Shown: positions 47,214-56,494, counted from the stretch's first letter. The stretch: 64,000 bases of DNA from an uncultured bacterium (GCA_903848795.1 CAINHC010000001.1:14915-78914); one strand, 5' to 3'. A program made the numbers and translations. The notes: a model not told the origin generated them from the sequence alone.

Positions 47214-47621
47214 TTAAATTTTACCAGCCCCAGACACCACCCCCGCTCCAGCAGGGCTGGTCGCTGTATTGTTGGTGGTTGATGCATTCGTTGTAGTTGC
47301 CACCACGCCAACCTTAGCACCTGCCGTGGTCGCAGTAGCGACCGTCATCCCCGCCCAAGATGCCTCCTTGCCTTGATACTTCTCAATCACGCTTTTAATC
47401 TCCGCTTCCTTGTCCTTAACTGGAACAAAATCTGTCGCCTCGCCAGAATCAGACATTAAAGATGTCTGAACAGAAAAATAGAAAAAATAACTCCAAATAA
47501 AAACTCCAAGAATAATAGAAAAAGCTACAACCATAATTCTTTGCCAATCTTGGACTGGTCGACTGCCGAATATATACATATTCCTTAATTTATTTCCAAA
47601 TTGTCCTAGTTCTATATTCAT
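47214..47621 (-). CDS. hypothetical membrane protein (downstream of pilM-pilN-pilO, possibly pilus-assembly associated)
   Basis: 135 aa with one TM (IMVVAFSIILGVFIWSYFFYF) and a Thr/Ala-rich C-terminus. Position analogous to pilP, but no homology recognised. Confidence 0.35.
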   Translation of the reverse strand: MNIELGQFGNKLRNMYIFGSRPVQDWQRIMVVAFSIILGVFIWSYFFYFSVQTSLMSDSGEATDFVPVKDKEAEIKSVIEKYQGKEASWAGMTVATATTAGAKVGVVATTTNASTTNNTATSPAGAGVVSGAGKI

Positions 47622-47622
47622 A

Positions 47623-48168
47623 TTATTTTTCTTTGACTACTAATATTTGTAAATCTAACTGCCCTGAACTTGTTGCAACCTGCAACCCACCAGTCTTTGT
47701 AGTCGAATAATTTTTTATCTTTATATTAAAAGGCAGAGACTCGACCTTATCCACAAAATTTGAGACCGACCCCCCCGTACCAGAAACACTTTCCTTTATA
47801 CTTAAATATTCCTTATCTACTTTAGATAAATTATCATCTTGAACAATCTCAATGGCGTTTGTACTGAATGTTAAGCTATTTAATACCGCCAAATCTTCTA
47901 TCGTCTGAACAAATTTTATTGAACCCTCATTATCGACCGGGACAATATATTTCATCAAATCTGCATTTCTCGCGTCTGCATTCTGAGCAACCCTCTTGAT
48001 AGAATTCAAACTGTCCTCCTCCTTTTTTAGATCATTTGATTTCTTATAAATACTGACCAAGTCTCCTCCCATATTTCCAACATAAACCACGGCAAAAAAA
48101 TATCCAGAGATAGATACTAGCGCAAGTATTATTGATATTATTAATGTGTAGTAAGTTTTTTTAATCAT
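47623..48168 (-). CDS. pilO: PilO-like type IV pilus assembly protein
   Basis: N-terminal TM, coiled-coil segment, then periplasmic domain. Gene order pilM-pilN-this. Confidence 0.4.
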   Translation of the reverse strand: MIKKTYYTLIISIILALVSISGYFFAVVYVGNMGGDLVSIYKKSNDLKKEEDSLNSIKRVAQNADARNADLMKYIVPVDNEGSIKFVQTIEDLAVLNSLTFSTNAIEIVQDDNLSKVDKEYLSIKESVSGTGGSVSNFVDKVESLPFNIKIKNYSTTKTGGLQVATSSGQLDLQILVVKEK

Positions 48169-48170
48169 TT

Positions 48171-48722
48171 CTATTTTTTAATAGGCTTAATTAAATTAAA
48201 ATTAAAGGAAAAGCTCAAGTCCTTCTTTCTGGTAAAACTGGTGATTGGTATATTGATACTTGTGAATTCTGGGTTTGAGTTAATCTTTTTTTGTAATTCA
48301 ATTAACTTATCTCTATCTGGAGCCACACCACTTATACTAATCGAAGCGCTATTATCATCAATTAATCCATAAGTGTATCTATCTATATAAGCTCCATCTG
48401 GTAAACTGTTCAAAATTTTATTATATGCTTCCTTGGGAGATAAAATGTTTATTGAATTTTTAAGTGCTTCCAAACTTGAATTTACTAACTTAATTTTATC
48501 TTGAAAATTTTGGTCTCTTAGTGACTGCAAAGACTTCTCTTTGTTTTGATTTTCACTTTTAACTATATTTACCCTACCAGCCGCATATAAATAACTAGGC
48601 AAAAGACACGCCATTCCAACCATTGAGATAAAAAAGACAATCCAACAAACCACTATTACAAGCCTCATTTTGTACTCTTTTATGACCTTTTTCTTTTGTA
48701 ATTCTGGTAGTAGGTGTAACAT
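48171..48722 (-). CDS. pilN: PilN-like type IV pilus assembly protein
   Basis: HLLPELQKK N-terminal motif (cf. INLLP), single TM, coiled-coil periplasmic part. Immediately downstream of pilM. Confidence 0.5.
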   Translation of the reverse strand: MLHLLPELQKKKVIKEYKMRLVIVVCWIVFFISMVGMACLLPSYLYAAGRVNIVKSENQNKEKSLQSLRDQNFQDKIKLVNSSLEALKNSINILSPKEAYNKILNSLPDGAYIDRYTYGLIDDNSASISISGVAPDRDKLIELQKKINSNPEFTSINIPITSFTRKKDLSFSFNFNLIKPIKK

Positions 48723-48726
48723 CTTT

Positions 48727-49848
48727 TTATTGATCTTTTAATAAAGCAAGTCCAAAAGCAGTACCATATCCCAAGGATTCTCGCATGGAAATTTCTGGTA
48801 TCTCATTCTCAAACGATAGAATATTTGTCCAAACATTCGCAACCTCAACTGGAGTCTTTAGTGATATCGCAAGGAAGTCTCTAAACCCGATAACACCAGC
48901 CTCCTTACCAGCTATTAGTATCTTCTTAACTCCAGCAGAGGAATTACCCTTAGTTGGTAATCCTGAAACTATATCAATATTACTTTTAAAATTATTTATA
49001 CTATTCCAGTAAATAAACACCTTTCTGATTTCCTCAACCAACAAATTTGCTGTCGACATTAATGCATTAGAAACGACCTCATTACTAGCATCCCGTGAAA
49101 AACCTTTTTCAAACTTTATTGAAGTAGCAGAATCTTCATCAAGAGATGCTCCTTTCATAATTGCATTGGTAAAATCCTCCGACCCAATAGAAATTGTTGA
49201 TGTAAACTGAACCGCCTCATCATTAACAACAGAAAGAACTGTACTCTTATGGCTAATGTTAACAATGAAATAATTTTCTCTGTCACCTTTTTTTATAATA
49301 GCTCGGGACAATGCCTGGTTTTCAATCAAGAAGGAAATTGGAAACATTCCGCAAGATTCGAATAGCTCAATATATTCATTTATAACAACGGTGGGCACTA
49401 CAGACACAGCAAGAAATTGCATGCCTGTACTCTCATTTTTCTTTATTCTATGATAATCAAAAATTGCATCATCTATCGATATCGGAACATTCTCTTCGAG
49501 ATGCATCTCAATTCTGTTTCTGATTTCTTCCTTTGTTCCATCAACCACCTCAATAGTAAACAAATAGGCCTTTTCTTCTGGAATCGATATTTCTACAAAC
49601 TTTAATTTATATTTCTTCTGAATCTTTTTTAGAATATCTATAAGGTTTTTATTAGATAACAGAGATTCGTTTGGTAACATTGGTGAATCCAGCTTCTCCT
49701 CGGCGCAACACCTTAATTTTAGACCCTTAGCAGTTCTAATAATTTCAGCCATATGAACAGCAGAAGAGCTGATATCAAAACCAGCGTGGGACATTTCTAG
49801 ATAGTGAGATGTTGGAAAATATTTATTTAGTGTATCTAGGTACGACAT
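48727..49848 (-). CDS. pilM: type IV pilus assembly protein PilM (actin-like ATPase fold)
   Basis: 373 aa. Actin/FtsA-like fold signatures (…SVVPTVVINEYIELFESCGMFPISFLIENQALSRA…GYGTAFGLALL). Confidence 0.65.
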   Translation of the reverse strand: MSYLDTLNKYFPTSHYLEMSHAGFDISSSAVHMAEIIRTAKGLKLRCCAEEKLDSPMLPNESLLSNKNLIDILKKIQKKYKLKFVEISIPEEKAYLFTIEVVDGTKEEIRNRIEMHLEENVPISIDDAIFDYHRIKKNESTGMQFLAVSVVPTVVINEYIELFESCGMFPISFLIENQALSRAIIKKGDRENYFIVNISHKSTVLSVVNDEAVQFTSTISIGSEDFTNAIMKGASLDEDSATSIKFEKGFSRDASNEVVSNALMSTANLLVEEIRKVFIYWNSINNFKSNIDIVSGLPTKGNSSAGVKKILIAGKEAGVIGFRDFLAISLKTPVEVANVWTNILSFENEIPEISMRESLGYGTAFGLALLKDQ

Positions 49849-49927
49849 GTACTACTATTCTATCATAACAAAAAGATTTTGTTATAATTATTTTGCAACT
49901 TTTTTAAGCTTTTATTTTTAGTTATGA

Positions 49928-50809
49928 CTATTTCAACTTTGTACCATTTGGCAAACTCTTGCTTGGATTAAGTAGGGCAATATTTTTACCGTCACCTCCA
50001 GCCAATATCATAGCTTGGCTTTCTTGTCCCATCATCATTCTAGGGGCCAAGTTTGTAACAAAGGGAAACTGCTTTCCAACCAGATCTACAGCATCAACAT
50101 GTCTTGCTATTCCAGAAAGAACCTGTCGTGGCCTTTCTTCACCAAAATCAACTGAAAGTTTTAGTAATTTATCAGAACCTTCTATGTTTTCAACTACTAA
50201 AATTTGGCCCATTTTTATCTCTACCTTTAGAAAATCGTCAATCGATATATAATCTGATGTTTTACTGACCCCAGCCTCCGCCTTTGGATTTTCCAATGTT
50301 TCCGTTTGGGTATTATTATCAATATTGTTATCCTTTATTTCTGTATCTTGTGATTGTGTATTCATATTTTTAAATTTTATTCTATCCAAATAACTTTGTA
50401 AAATGATCGCCGCTGCCGATGCGTCTACATTCTTGTTTTCACCCTGGAACTTAGTAGCCTGAACCGTGGAGTATAATTCTGGTTCATAAACAACATTAAA
50501 CCCAGCCTCTTCCAGTTTTGACCCAAAAAATCTAGCATCTACCATGATTGTATTATCAACCCCCTTGAGATCTACTGAGTGTCCAATTATAGCGGTTTGA
50601 GCCTGCCGGTCTTTTAGAATATCAACTACCTCCTGTACAGCCTGCTTTATTCTTTCCTCTCTCTTGTCTATGTCGTGACCAAAACCAGCGACAACAGTCA
50701 ATGGGAAGGCCAACAGTCCAAGCACGTCTCCGACCGCTACGCCAATCCTCTTTGATCCAAAATCTAGGCCAATTATTCTTTTATTTATTTCGGAAACGTC
50801 TTTATTCAT
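49928..50809 (-). CDS. ruvX: RuvX/YqgF pre-16S rRNA nuclease fused to a C-terminal Trbp111/CsaA-type tRNA-binding domain
   Basis: N-terminal IGLDFGSKRIGVAVGD…DASAAAIILQSYLD (YqgF). C-terminal IDDFLKVEIKMGQILVVENIEGSDKLLKLSVDFGEE-RQVLSGIARHV…LVGKQFPFVTNLAPRMMMGQESQAMILAG (PF01588 tRNA_bind pattern). Confidence 0.8.
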   Translation of the reverse strand: MNKDVSEINKRIIGLDFGSKRIGVAVGDVLGLLAFPLTVVAGFGHDIDKREERIKQAVQEVVDILKDRQAQTAIIGHSVDLKGVDNTIMVDARFFGSKLEEAGFNVVYEPELYSTVQATKFQGENKNVDASAAAIILQSYLDRIKFKNMNTQSQDTEIKDNNIDNNTQTETLENPKAEAGVSKTSDYISIDDFLKVEIKMGQILVVENIEGSDKLLKLSVDFGEERPRQVLSGIARHVDAVDLVGKQFPFVTNLAPRMMMGQESQAMILAGGDGKNIALLNPSKSLPNGTKLK

Positions 50810-50953
50810 ATATTATTGGTAGTCTATCAAAAAGAATGATTTGTGGCTAATTATGTCGATAAAATACTGACAAAAAGCCGTGAATGTTGACCGAGCTACC
50901 ATCTTGCCCTCGTCTATTGTTTTTTTCTTTATTTTTGCTAATATGACAAGCAC

Positions 50954-51040
50954 GGAGGAGTGGCAGAGTGGTCTAATGCACTTGTCTTGAAAACAAGAGT
51001 CTCTTTACGGGGACCGTGAGTTCGAATCTCACCTCCTCCG
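50954..51040 (+). tRNA. tRNA-Ser (TGA), long variable arm
   Basis: Acceptor GGAGGAG/CTCCTCC + G, anticodon arm CTTGT-CTTGAAA-ACAAG, T-arm GTGAG-TTCGAAT-CTCAC. Confidence 0.8.
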
Positions 51041-51105
51041 CCGATAATTAAAAAAGCGCCCCCCCCAGGGTCGTTTTTTTATTTACAAGCCATGTGTTAT
51101 TTTAT

Positions 51106-51810
51106 CTACCAAGGCATTCTCTCCTTTCCAAACCAAAAGCCTCCTGTCTCCTTATCTGAAACAATAACACCATAAATACCCTCCGCCGCTTCTTCTGCTG
51201 TTATATCAGCCTCAGACCCACCAAGATCGGTCTTAACCCACCCAGGATGAACTGACGAAACTGTTATATTAGACTTCTTTAATCTCTGCGCCAGAGTACA
51301 TGTATACATATTTAGTCCAGCTTTTGATATTTTATAGCTTGGATAATGATATGGATAATGACTTTCAGCCCTACCTGCTTTTTCTAGCGATCCCGCGGAT
51401 GAAGAAATATTTATAATTTGTCCGCCAGAGTTTATCTGAGAAATTAACCTTTCTGTAAAGTCGATTGGGCCTATTAGATTAACTTCTAATGTTTTTCTAA
51501 GTTTCTCGACAATTACACTAGTATCATCTTCATCAAAAAGCGCGCCTGCGTTGTTTATTAAAATATCAATTTTCGTACCAGCGAAAATTATTTCATTCAC
51601 GCATTGCTCTATACTTTCTGGAGAAGATAAATCAAGCTTAAATATTTTAGTTTTAGGCACCTCATCTCTAGAGCCGACGTCGTTGTCTGTAGCCACCTTA
51701 TCTACGCCAATATAAACCGTCCCTAAAACATTAAAACCTTCTTTTATAAATTTAAATTGGAGCGCCTCCCCTATTCCCCTCGAAACTCCTGTAATTAGCA
51801 CTGTTTTCAT
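51106..51810 (-). CDS. short-chain dehydrogenase/reductase (SDR) family oxidoreductase
   Basis: TGVSRGIGEAL cofactor motif, NNAG, catalytic YKISKAGLN (YxxxK). Confidence 0.85.
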   Translation of the reverse strand: MKTVLITGVSRGIGEALQFKFIKEGFNVLGTVYIGVDKVATDNDVGSRDEVPKTKIFKLDLSSPESIEQCVNEIIFAGTKIDILINNAGALFDEDDTSVIVEKLRKTLEVNLIGPIDFTERLISQINSGGQIINISSSAGSLEKAGRAESHYPYHYPSYKISKAGLNMYTCTLAQRLKKSNITVSSVHPGWVKTDLGGSEADITAEEAAEGIYGVIVSDKETGGFWFGKERMPW

Positions 51811-51930
51811 AATGTAAGCATAGCATGAAACTTTTTAACTTTTAAATTTTAAATTTGAAGAGATATTTATCAAAATACACAATAGGTGATATAGCAATAT
51901 CATCTACTGAGTGATATAATAATTTTAATC

Positions 51931-52413
51931 ATGAACGATGAACCACAAGTCAAATCTATAACCTGGGAAACTTACGAGCACGAACATCGTGAAAAAAGTA
52001 AGGATTGGTATTGGTCTCTTGGAATTTTAATTGTTACAGCTTCTGTTTTATCAATTATTTTTGGTAATTATCTTTTCGGAATATTACTTATTGTCATTGG
52101 CGTATCACTTGCCGTTGTTGGCTCTAAACATCCAAAGTTAACTATTTTTGAATTAAACAAAATGGGTATTAGAATTGGTAATAAATTATTCCCATACGCA
52201 ACTCTTGAAGCTTTTTGGGTTCAAGACAATGAGGAGCACGATAGACCATCTCAGCTTTTAATCAAATCAAGAAAGACAATGGTGCCCTTACTTATAATTC
52301 CAATCGACGGAATTGAGACTCACGAGATCCGGGATTTCTTATTGTATAACCTACTCGAAAAGGAAATGGAGGAGTCACTTTCCCAGATAATACTAGAAAA
52401 TTTGGGTTTTTAG
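51931..52413 (+). CDS. hypothetical membrane protein (2 TM)
   Basis: 160-aa ORF with two adjacent hydrophobic helices. No homology recognised. Confidence 0.35.
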   Translation: MNDEPQVKSITWETYEHEHREKSKDWYWSLGILIVTASVLSIIFGNYLFGILLIVIGVSLAVVGSKHPKLTIFELNKMGIRIGNKLFPYATLEAFWVQDNEEHDRPSQLLIKSRKTMVPLLIIPIDGIETHEIRDFLLYNLLEKEMEESLSQIILENLGF

Positions 52414-52440
52414 CAAATCTGTGGTACTTTTTAGGGTATC

Positions 52441-52512
52441 GCTCTCGTCGTTCAATGGATAGGACATGACTTTGCGGAAGTTAAAATGTAGGTTCGATTC
52501 CTACCGGGAGCA
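52441..52512 (+). tRNA. tRNA-Arg (GCG anticodon)
   Basis: Acceptor GCTCTCG/CGGGAGC, D-arm GTTC-AATGGATA-GGAC, anticodon arm TGACT-TTGCGGA-AGTTA, T-arm identical to the other tRNA-Arg. Terminator AAAAAACACCctaaGGTGTTTTTT follows. Confidence 0.65.
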
Positions 52513-52552
52513 CATGAAAATAAAAAACACCCTAAGGTGTTTTTTATTTTTC

Positions 52553-52685
52553 GGGCGAGCGAAGAAGCTAATTTATTAGCTTCTGTGTAGAAATCGAAAA
52601 GGTTGAGTATATTGTGCGATGCGTAGCGAGCACAATACGAAACCTATACCGTCCCTGTAAGGGAAGATTCCTACCGGGGGCACAA
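52553..52685. repeat. tRNA-Arg(GCG)-linked structured insert plus 19-bp copy (52667-52685, 1 mismatch) of the tRNA 3' end, homologous to 46951-47073
   Basis: GTGTAGAAATCGAAAAGGTTGAGTATATTGTGCGATGCGTAGCGAGCACAATACGAAACCTATACCGTCCCTGTAAGGGAAGATTCCTACCGGGGGCACA is the near-exact reverse complement of 46973-47053 plus the flank. Confidence 0.7.
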
Positions 52686-52699
52686 TATAGGAGTGTGAT

Positions 52700-52990
52700 T
52701 TGAGATTCTATGATAAAATACTGAGTATGAATAATTTATCACTCATAATCCCCGTAATATACCTATTGATATATTGGATAGGGGCATTTTTTATCGTATA
52801 TCACCTACTAAAATATGGTATTACATACTGGCCAAAAAGAATGGCTGGATTGTTTTTGGCTGGATCTATTGTACTCAGCATTCTCAGCTTCATGCTCTTC
52901 ACTCAAATAAATTTTCAACAACTTTTTGGTGGCAAACTACTGCAAAGCAATAATAGTTTCATGGATAATTTTAAACAAAAAACACAATAA
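52700..52990 (+). CDS. small membrane protein (hypothetical)
   Basis: 96 aa, 2 TM. Stop abuts the start of the next gene, so possibly co-transcribed. Confidence 0.3.
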   Translation: MRFYDKILSMNNLSLIIPVIYLLIYWIGAFFIVYHLLKYGITYWPKRMAGLFLAGSIVLSILSFMLFTQINFQQLFGGKLLQSNNSFMDNFKQKTQ

Positions 52991-52991
52991 T

Positions 52992-53678
52992 ATGCCAAAA
53001 ATAGTACTTAGAAAACAAAATTGGTTTTTCGATGGAAAAGAAGATGAAGAAGATGTAATTTTAGTTCTTCATAGACATGTCGTTACATTGGTAGCAAAAA
53101 TAACCATGGTGCTCTTTTTTGCTTTCTTACCTTTTGTTTTTCTCGTTGTTTTTAGTTCACTAATTGTCACATATAACTTAATATCAATTTATTCTTTTGC
53201 TTGGGTTACCTATTATCTATTCCTATGGTTCTGGTTATTCTACGTGATTACAATGTATTCTTTGGACAACTGGGTTGTTACCACAAAAAGAGTCGTCGAC
53301 AGCCTTCAGACAGGATTCTTCAACAGAAGGGTTGCTGAACTTCAGCTTGATAAGATTCAGGACGTATCATACAAAGTACAGGGCCTAATACCGACATTCT
53401 TTAATTATGGACTCGTAGAAATACAAACAGCTAGTAAGGATAACAAGTTTTTCTTTGAGCAGGTTCCTAATCCACAAAGAGTCAAGGATGTTATTATGGA
53501 ACTTATAATCGAAGAGGAGGAAGAAAATGAGGCGGGTGGTGACGGCAAACTCGGCCACCCACATAGACATGTCCTAGTTGAAGACCACGGCATTCCAACA
53601 CACCTTGTGACAGAAAGTTCGGAAGATGCAAATAACGCTGGAAGTGAGGTGGACAATGATATTCAGAACGGAATTTAG
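52992..53678 (+). CDS. membrane protein with bacterial PH (bPH_2/DUF304, YdbS/YdbT-like) domain and acidic GC-rich C-terminal tail
   Basis: Two TM, then WVVTTKRVVDSLQTGFFNRRVAELQLDKIQDVSYKVQGLIPTFFNYGLVEIQTASKD motif typical of bPH_2. Start set at MPKIVLRKQ. Confidence 0.55.
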   Translation: MPKIVLRKQNWFFDGKEDEEDVILVLHRHVVTLVAKITMVLFFAFLPFVFLVVFSSLIVTYNLISIYSFAWVTYYLFLWFWLFYVITMYSLDNWVVTTKRVVDSLQTGFFNRRVAELQLDKIQDVSYKVQGLIPTFFNYGLVEIQTASKDNKFFFEQVPNPQRVKDVIMELIIEEEEENEAGGDGKLGHPHRHVLVEDHGIPTHLVTESSEDANNAGSEVDNDIQNGI

Positions 53679-53730
53679 CCCCACCCCATTCCCGCTCCAC
53701 CGCATTTTCCACCGCAAAATTCAACCAAAC

Positions 53731-53757
53731 AAAAAACACCCTCTGGGTGCTTTTTGT
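53731..53757. terminator. bidirectional terminator between bPH gene and rpsT
   Basis: AAAAAACACCctctGGGTGcTTTTTG. Confidence 0.5.
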
Positions 53758-53778
53758 TTATTAAAAAGACTTGATAAA

Positions 53779-54039
53779 TTAGCCTAATTTCTTAACCATT
53801 TTACTTAGTCTTGACTTCTTTCTATCTGCTGCACCTTTCTTGATAAGACCGTTCTTTGCAGCCTTGTCTAATTCCTTATAAGCCTTAGATAGAGCTGTTT
53901 GAGCAGTAGTTTTGTCTCCCGCAGTAAGAGTCTTAACACCCTTAACGGCGATGTCTACTTTCTTCTTACGACGAACATTAACAATTCTCTTTCTCTCTGA
54001 GCCTCTAAGTGCTTTTTTTGCTGATTGGGTTATTGGCAT
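53779..54039 (-). CDS. rpsT: 30S ribosomal protein S20
   Basis: MPITQSAKKALRGSERKRIVNVRRK…AKNGLIKKGAADRKKSRLSKMVKKL matches S20. Start at internal Met of the ORF-track call. Confidence 0.8.
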   Translation of the reverse strand: MPITQSAKKALRGSERKRIVNVRRKKKVDIAVKGVKTLTAGDKTTAQTALSKAYKELDKAAKNGLIKKGAADRKKSRLSKMVKKLG

Positions 54040-54130
54040 ATGTATTGCAAACAATAGCAGAAAAGTTGTTTTTTGACAACTGCACGATTGACTTATAGGA
54101 ACGGGCGCCAGTAGGTGGTATAATATCCTC

Positions 54131-54748
54131 ATGATTGGATATCTAAAAGGAGACATTATTTATAGGGATTTGAAATTTTTGATAATAAATACTGGGGGTG
54201 ACCAGAACGGCGTTGGCTACAAGGTGTATACAACGCCAGACTTTATTGCAGAGACAGAGAATTTAGACCACGTCGAAATGTGGATTCACACCGTAGTTAA
54301 AGACGACGCCATAGATTTATATGGGTTCAAAAATAAGGGGTCCTTGGATTTCTTCGATCTTCTTCTCAGTGTTTCTGGAATAGGGCCAAAGTCCGCCCTC
54401 AACATTCTCGGCTTGGCAAATACTCAAAACCTAAGGCAGGCAATTGTTTCTCAAGATATTTCATACTTAACGAACGTTTCTGGAATCAGTAAAAAGATAG
54501 CAGAAAAGATAGTTTTGGAATTGAAAGGAAAAGTTCTTGGCGGCGATAATGATGAATCTGATGGAGTTGGAATATTATCCAACAATAAACAGAGTAGGGG
54601 TATTGAAGTTGAGGCACTTGAAGCTCTCAAGGCGTTGGGGTATACTCAGCGAGAAGCAAGGGAGGCGCTAGAAAATGTTCCAAAGGATATTAAAGATTCA
54701 AAGGATATAAGCGCAATATTGAAGGCAACACTAAAGGTATTGAGTTAA
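54131..54748 (+). CDS. ruvA: Holliday junction branch-migration protein RuvA
   Basis: MIGYLKGDIIY… OB domain, HhH motifs (LLSVSGIGPKSALNIL), C-terminal domain III (ALKALGYTQREAREAL). Confidence 0.85.
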   Translation: MIGYLKGDIIYRDLKFLIINTGGDQNGVGYKVYTTPDFIAETENLDHVEMWIHTVVKDDAIDLYGFKNKGSLDFFDLLLSVSGIGPKSALNILGLANTQNLRQAIVSQDISYLTNVSGISKKIAEKIVLELKGKVLGGDNDESDGVGILSNNKQSRGIEVEALEALKALGYTQREAREALENVPKDIKDSKDISAILKATLKVLS

Positions 54749-54868
54749 AACAAATCATTCCCGGGGTTACCCTTACTATATAAAATTGACGGTTTTTTCG
54801 TCAATTTTATATATTAGGCACAAATCTTTTCAGTTTCTCAAAAACCATTATTACAAATTCTCAAAAAA

Positions 54869-55819
54869 ATGCCGGAACTACCAGAAGTACAGACAACCGT
54901 TAATGGTTTAAATAAAAAAGTTAAAGGCGCAAAAATAATTGATGTCTGGAGTATTTATAATAGTCCATATTATAAATCAAAGGAAAATATTAAGGATCCA
55001 AAATTTTTTAAAGAGTTCAAAGATAGAACAATTGGATCTAAAATTATTAATGCTGAGCGTCGGGCAAAAAACATTCTAATTCACCTAGACAATAAAGAAA
55101 CAATCTTGATTCACATGAAGATGACAGGGCATTTGATGTTTGGGGAATATATCAAAGGCTCTGCCGACAAAAATGATCCGTGGAGACCAGTAGACAAAAA
55201 CGATATCGCCCTGAACGACCCATTTAATCGACATATCAGGCTTGTTTTTAGCCTCGATAATAAGCACCTAGTTTTATCCGACACTAGAAAATTTGCGAAA
55301 GTTACCGTAACCAAAACGGACCACATATTTCAATCCCCCGATTTATCTCACCTTGGCCCAGAGCCCCTCACCAAGGAATTTAGTTTTAAGATATTTAAAG
55401 AACAAATAAATAAAAAACCTAACGGAAAAATAAAAACTACCCTTTTGGATCAAACTATAATTGCAGGTATTGGGAATATTTATTCTGATGAGGCATTGTG
55501 GCTTGCAAATATTCATCCAGAGAGTTTGGTTAAAAGCATTCCCGATGCTGAGCTTAAAAGACTTTTTGATGCGGTTTTGACGGTTCTTAAGAATGGAATA
55601 GATTTTGGCGGCGATTCAATGTCTGATTACAGAAACATTGATGGAGAGCGGGGTTCATTTCAAGAGAGACATAATGCTTATAGAAAAACAGGTCAGGCCT
55701 GTTCAAAACCGGCGTGCAAAAAAGAAAACAAACTAAATCCAAAAGTTGGCGTTATTAAAAGGATTGTAGTTGGAGGCCGAAGCACTCACTATTGTGAAAA
55801 TCATCAAACTAAGTATTGA
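54869..55819 (+). CDS. mutM: formamidopyrimidine-DNA glycosylase (Fpg/Nei family)
   Basis: N-terminal MPELPEVQT catalytic Pro2/Glu3, H2TH region, C-terminal zinc finger CSKPAC…C. Confidence 0.85.
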   Translation: MPELPEVQTTVNGLNKKVKGAKIIDVWSIYNSPYYKSKENIKDPKFFKEFKDRTIGSKIINAERRAKNILIHLDNKETILIHMKMTGHLMFGEYIKGSADKNDPWRPVDKNDIALNDPFNRHIRLVFSLDNKHLVLSDTRKFAKVTVTKTDHIFQSPDLSHLGPEPLTKEFSFKIFKEQINKKPNGKIKTTLLDQTIIAGIGNIYSDEALWLANIHPESLVKSIPDAELKRLFDAVLTVLKNGIDFGGDSMSDYRNIDGERGSFQERHNAYRKTGQACSKPACKKENKLNPKVGVIKRIVVGGRSTHYCENHQTKY

Positions 55820-56481
55820 AACAAAACAATACCGGCGGTCACCGAAACATTTAAGGACTCCTTCATTCCATTCATTGGTAACTCAACACACACATCGACT
55901 TTTTCTAGAATTTTCTTGGGTAATCCTAAAACTTCGTTACCAAATACAAAGGCGACCTTTTTATCTAAAGTCTCTACCTCAGACTTAACCCCGGCTTTTT
56001 TCGTCTTGTCTGTGAACAAATCCTTCAAATCTAAATCTTTATAATTTATAGAGTTCTTTGTTTGTTCAACTGCAATAATTTTAAAACCATCCTTTTTTAA
56101 TTTATTTAACAAGGTGGTGTGACTTTCGAAATATTTCCAAACAAGTGTCTTCTCTGCGCCCAGCGCGGTCTTTGTAATTTGAGGTTGAGGTTTATTGAAT
56201 TTGTTTAATGGCGTTGGAGTGTAGCCAGATAGATATATTGTACCGACTCCTGCAGCATCTGCGGTTCTAAAAATAGAGCCAACATTATGGGCACTTCTTA
56301 TGTCGGGCAAAACAACAATCACTTCAAAACCACCCGTCTTAACGGCACTACATTCTGAATTATCAGCCAAATTATAGCTTTTTTTGTTTATTTTGCTTTT
56401 ATCCCCTTTAATATTAGACATTTCTTGTTTTTTTGATATAGTTTTAACATTATTTGATAATACGTACAAGAAATTGAACAT
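55804..56481 (-). CDS. TrmH/SpoU family RNA 2'-O-methyltransferase
   Basis: SpoU motifs HNVGSIFRTADAAGV, VFGNEVLGLP, and C-terminal trefoil-knot region. Confidence 0.75.
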   Translation of the reverse strand: MFNFLYVLSNNVKTISKKQEMSNIKGDKSKINKKSYNLADNSECSAVKTGGFEVIVVLPDIRSAHNVGSIFRTADAAGVGTIYLSGYTPTPLNKFNKPQPQITKTALGAEKTLVWKYFESHTTLLNKLKKDGFKIIAVEQTKNSINYKDLDLKDLFTDKTKKAGVKSEVETLDKKVAFVFGNEVLGLPKKILEKVDVCVELPMNGMKESLNVSVTAGIVLFQYLV

Positions 56482-56494
56482 ATGCCAAATATAC

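Noticed and set aside
53405-53739. Minus-strand ORFs 53385-53570, 53405-53656 and 53503-53739
   Set aside because: Antisense to the GC-rich, acidic C-terminal tail of the bPH-domain protein. Low-complexity Ser/Pro/Cys composition typical of shadow frames.
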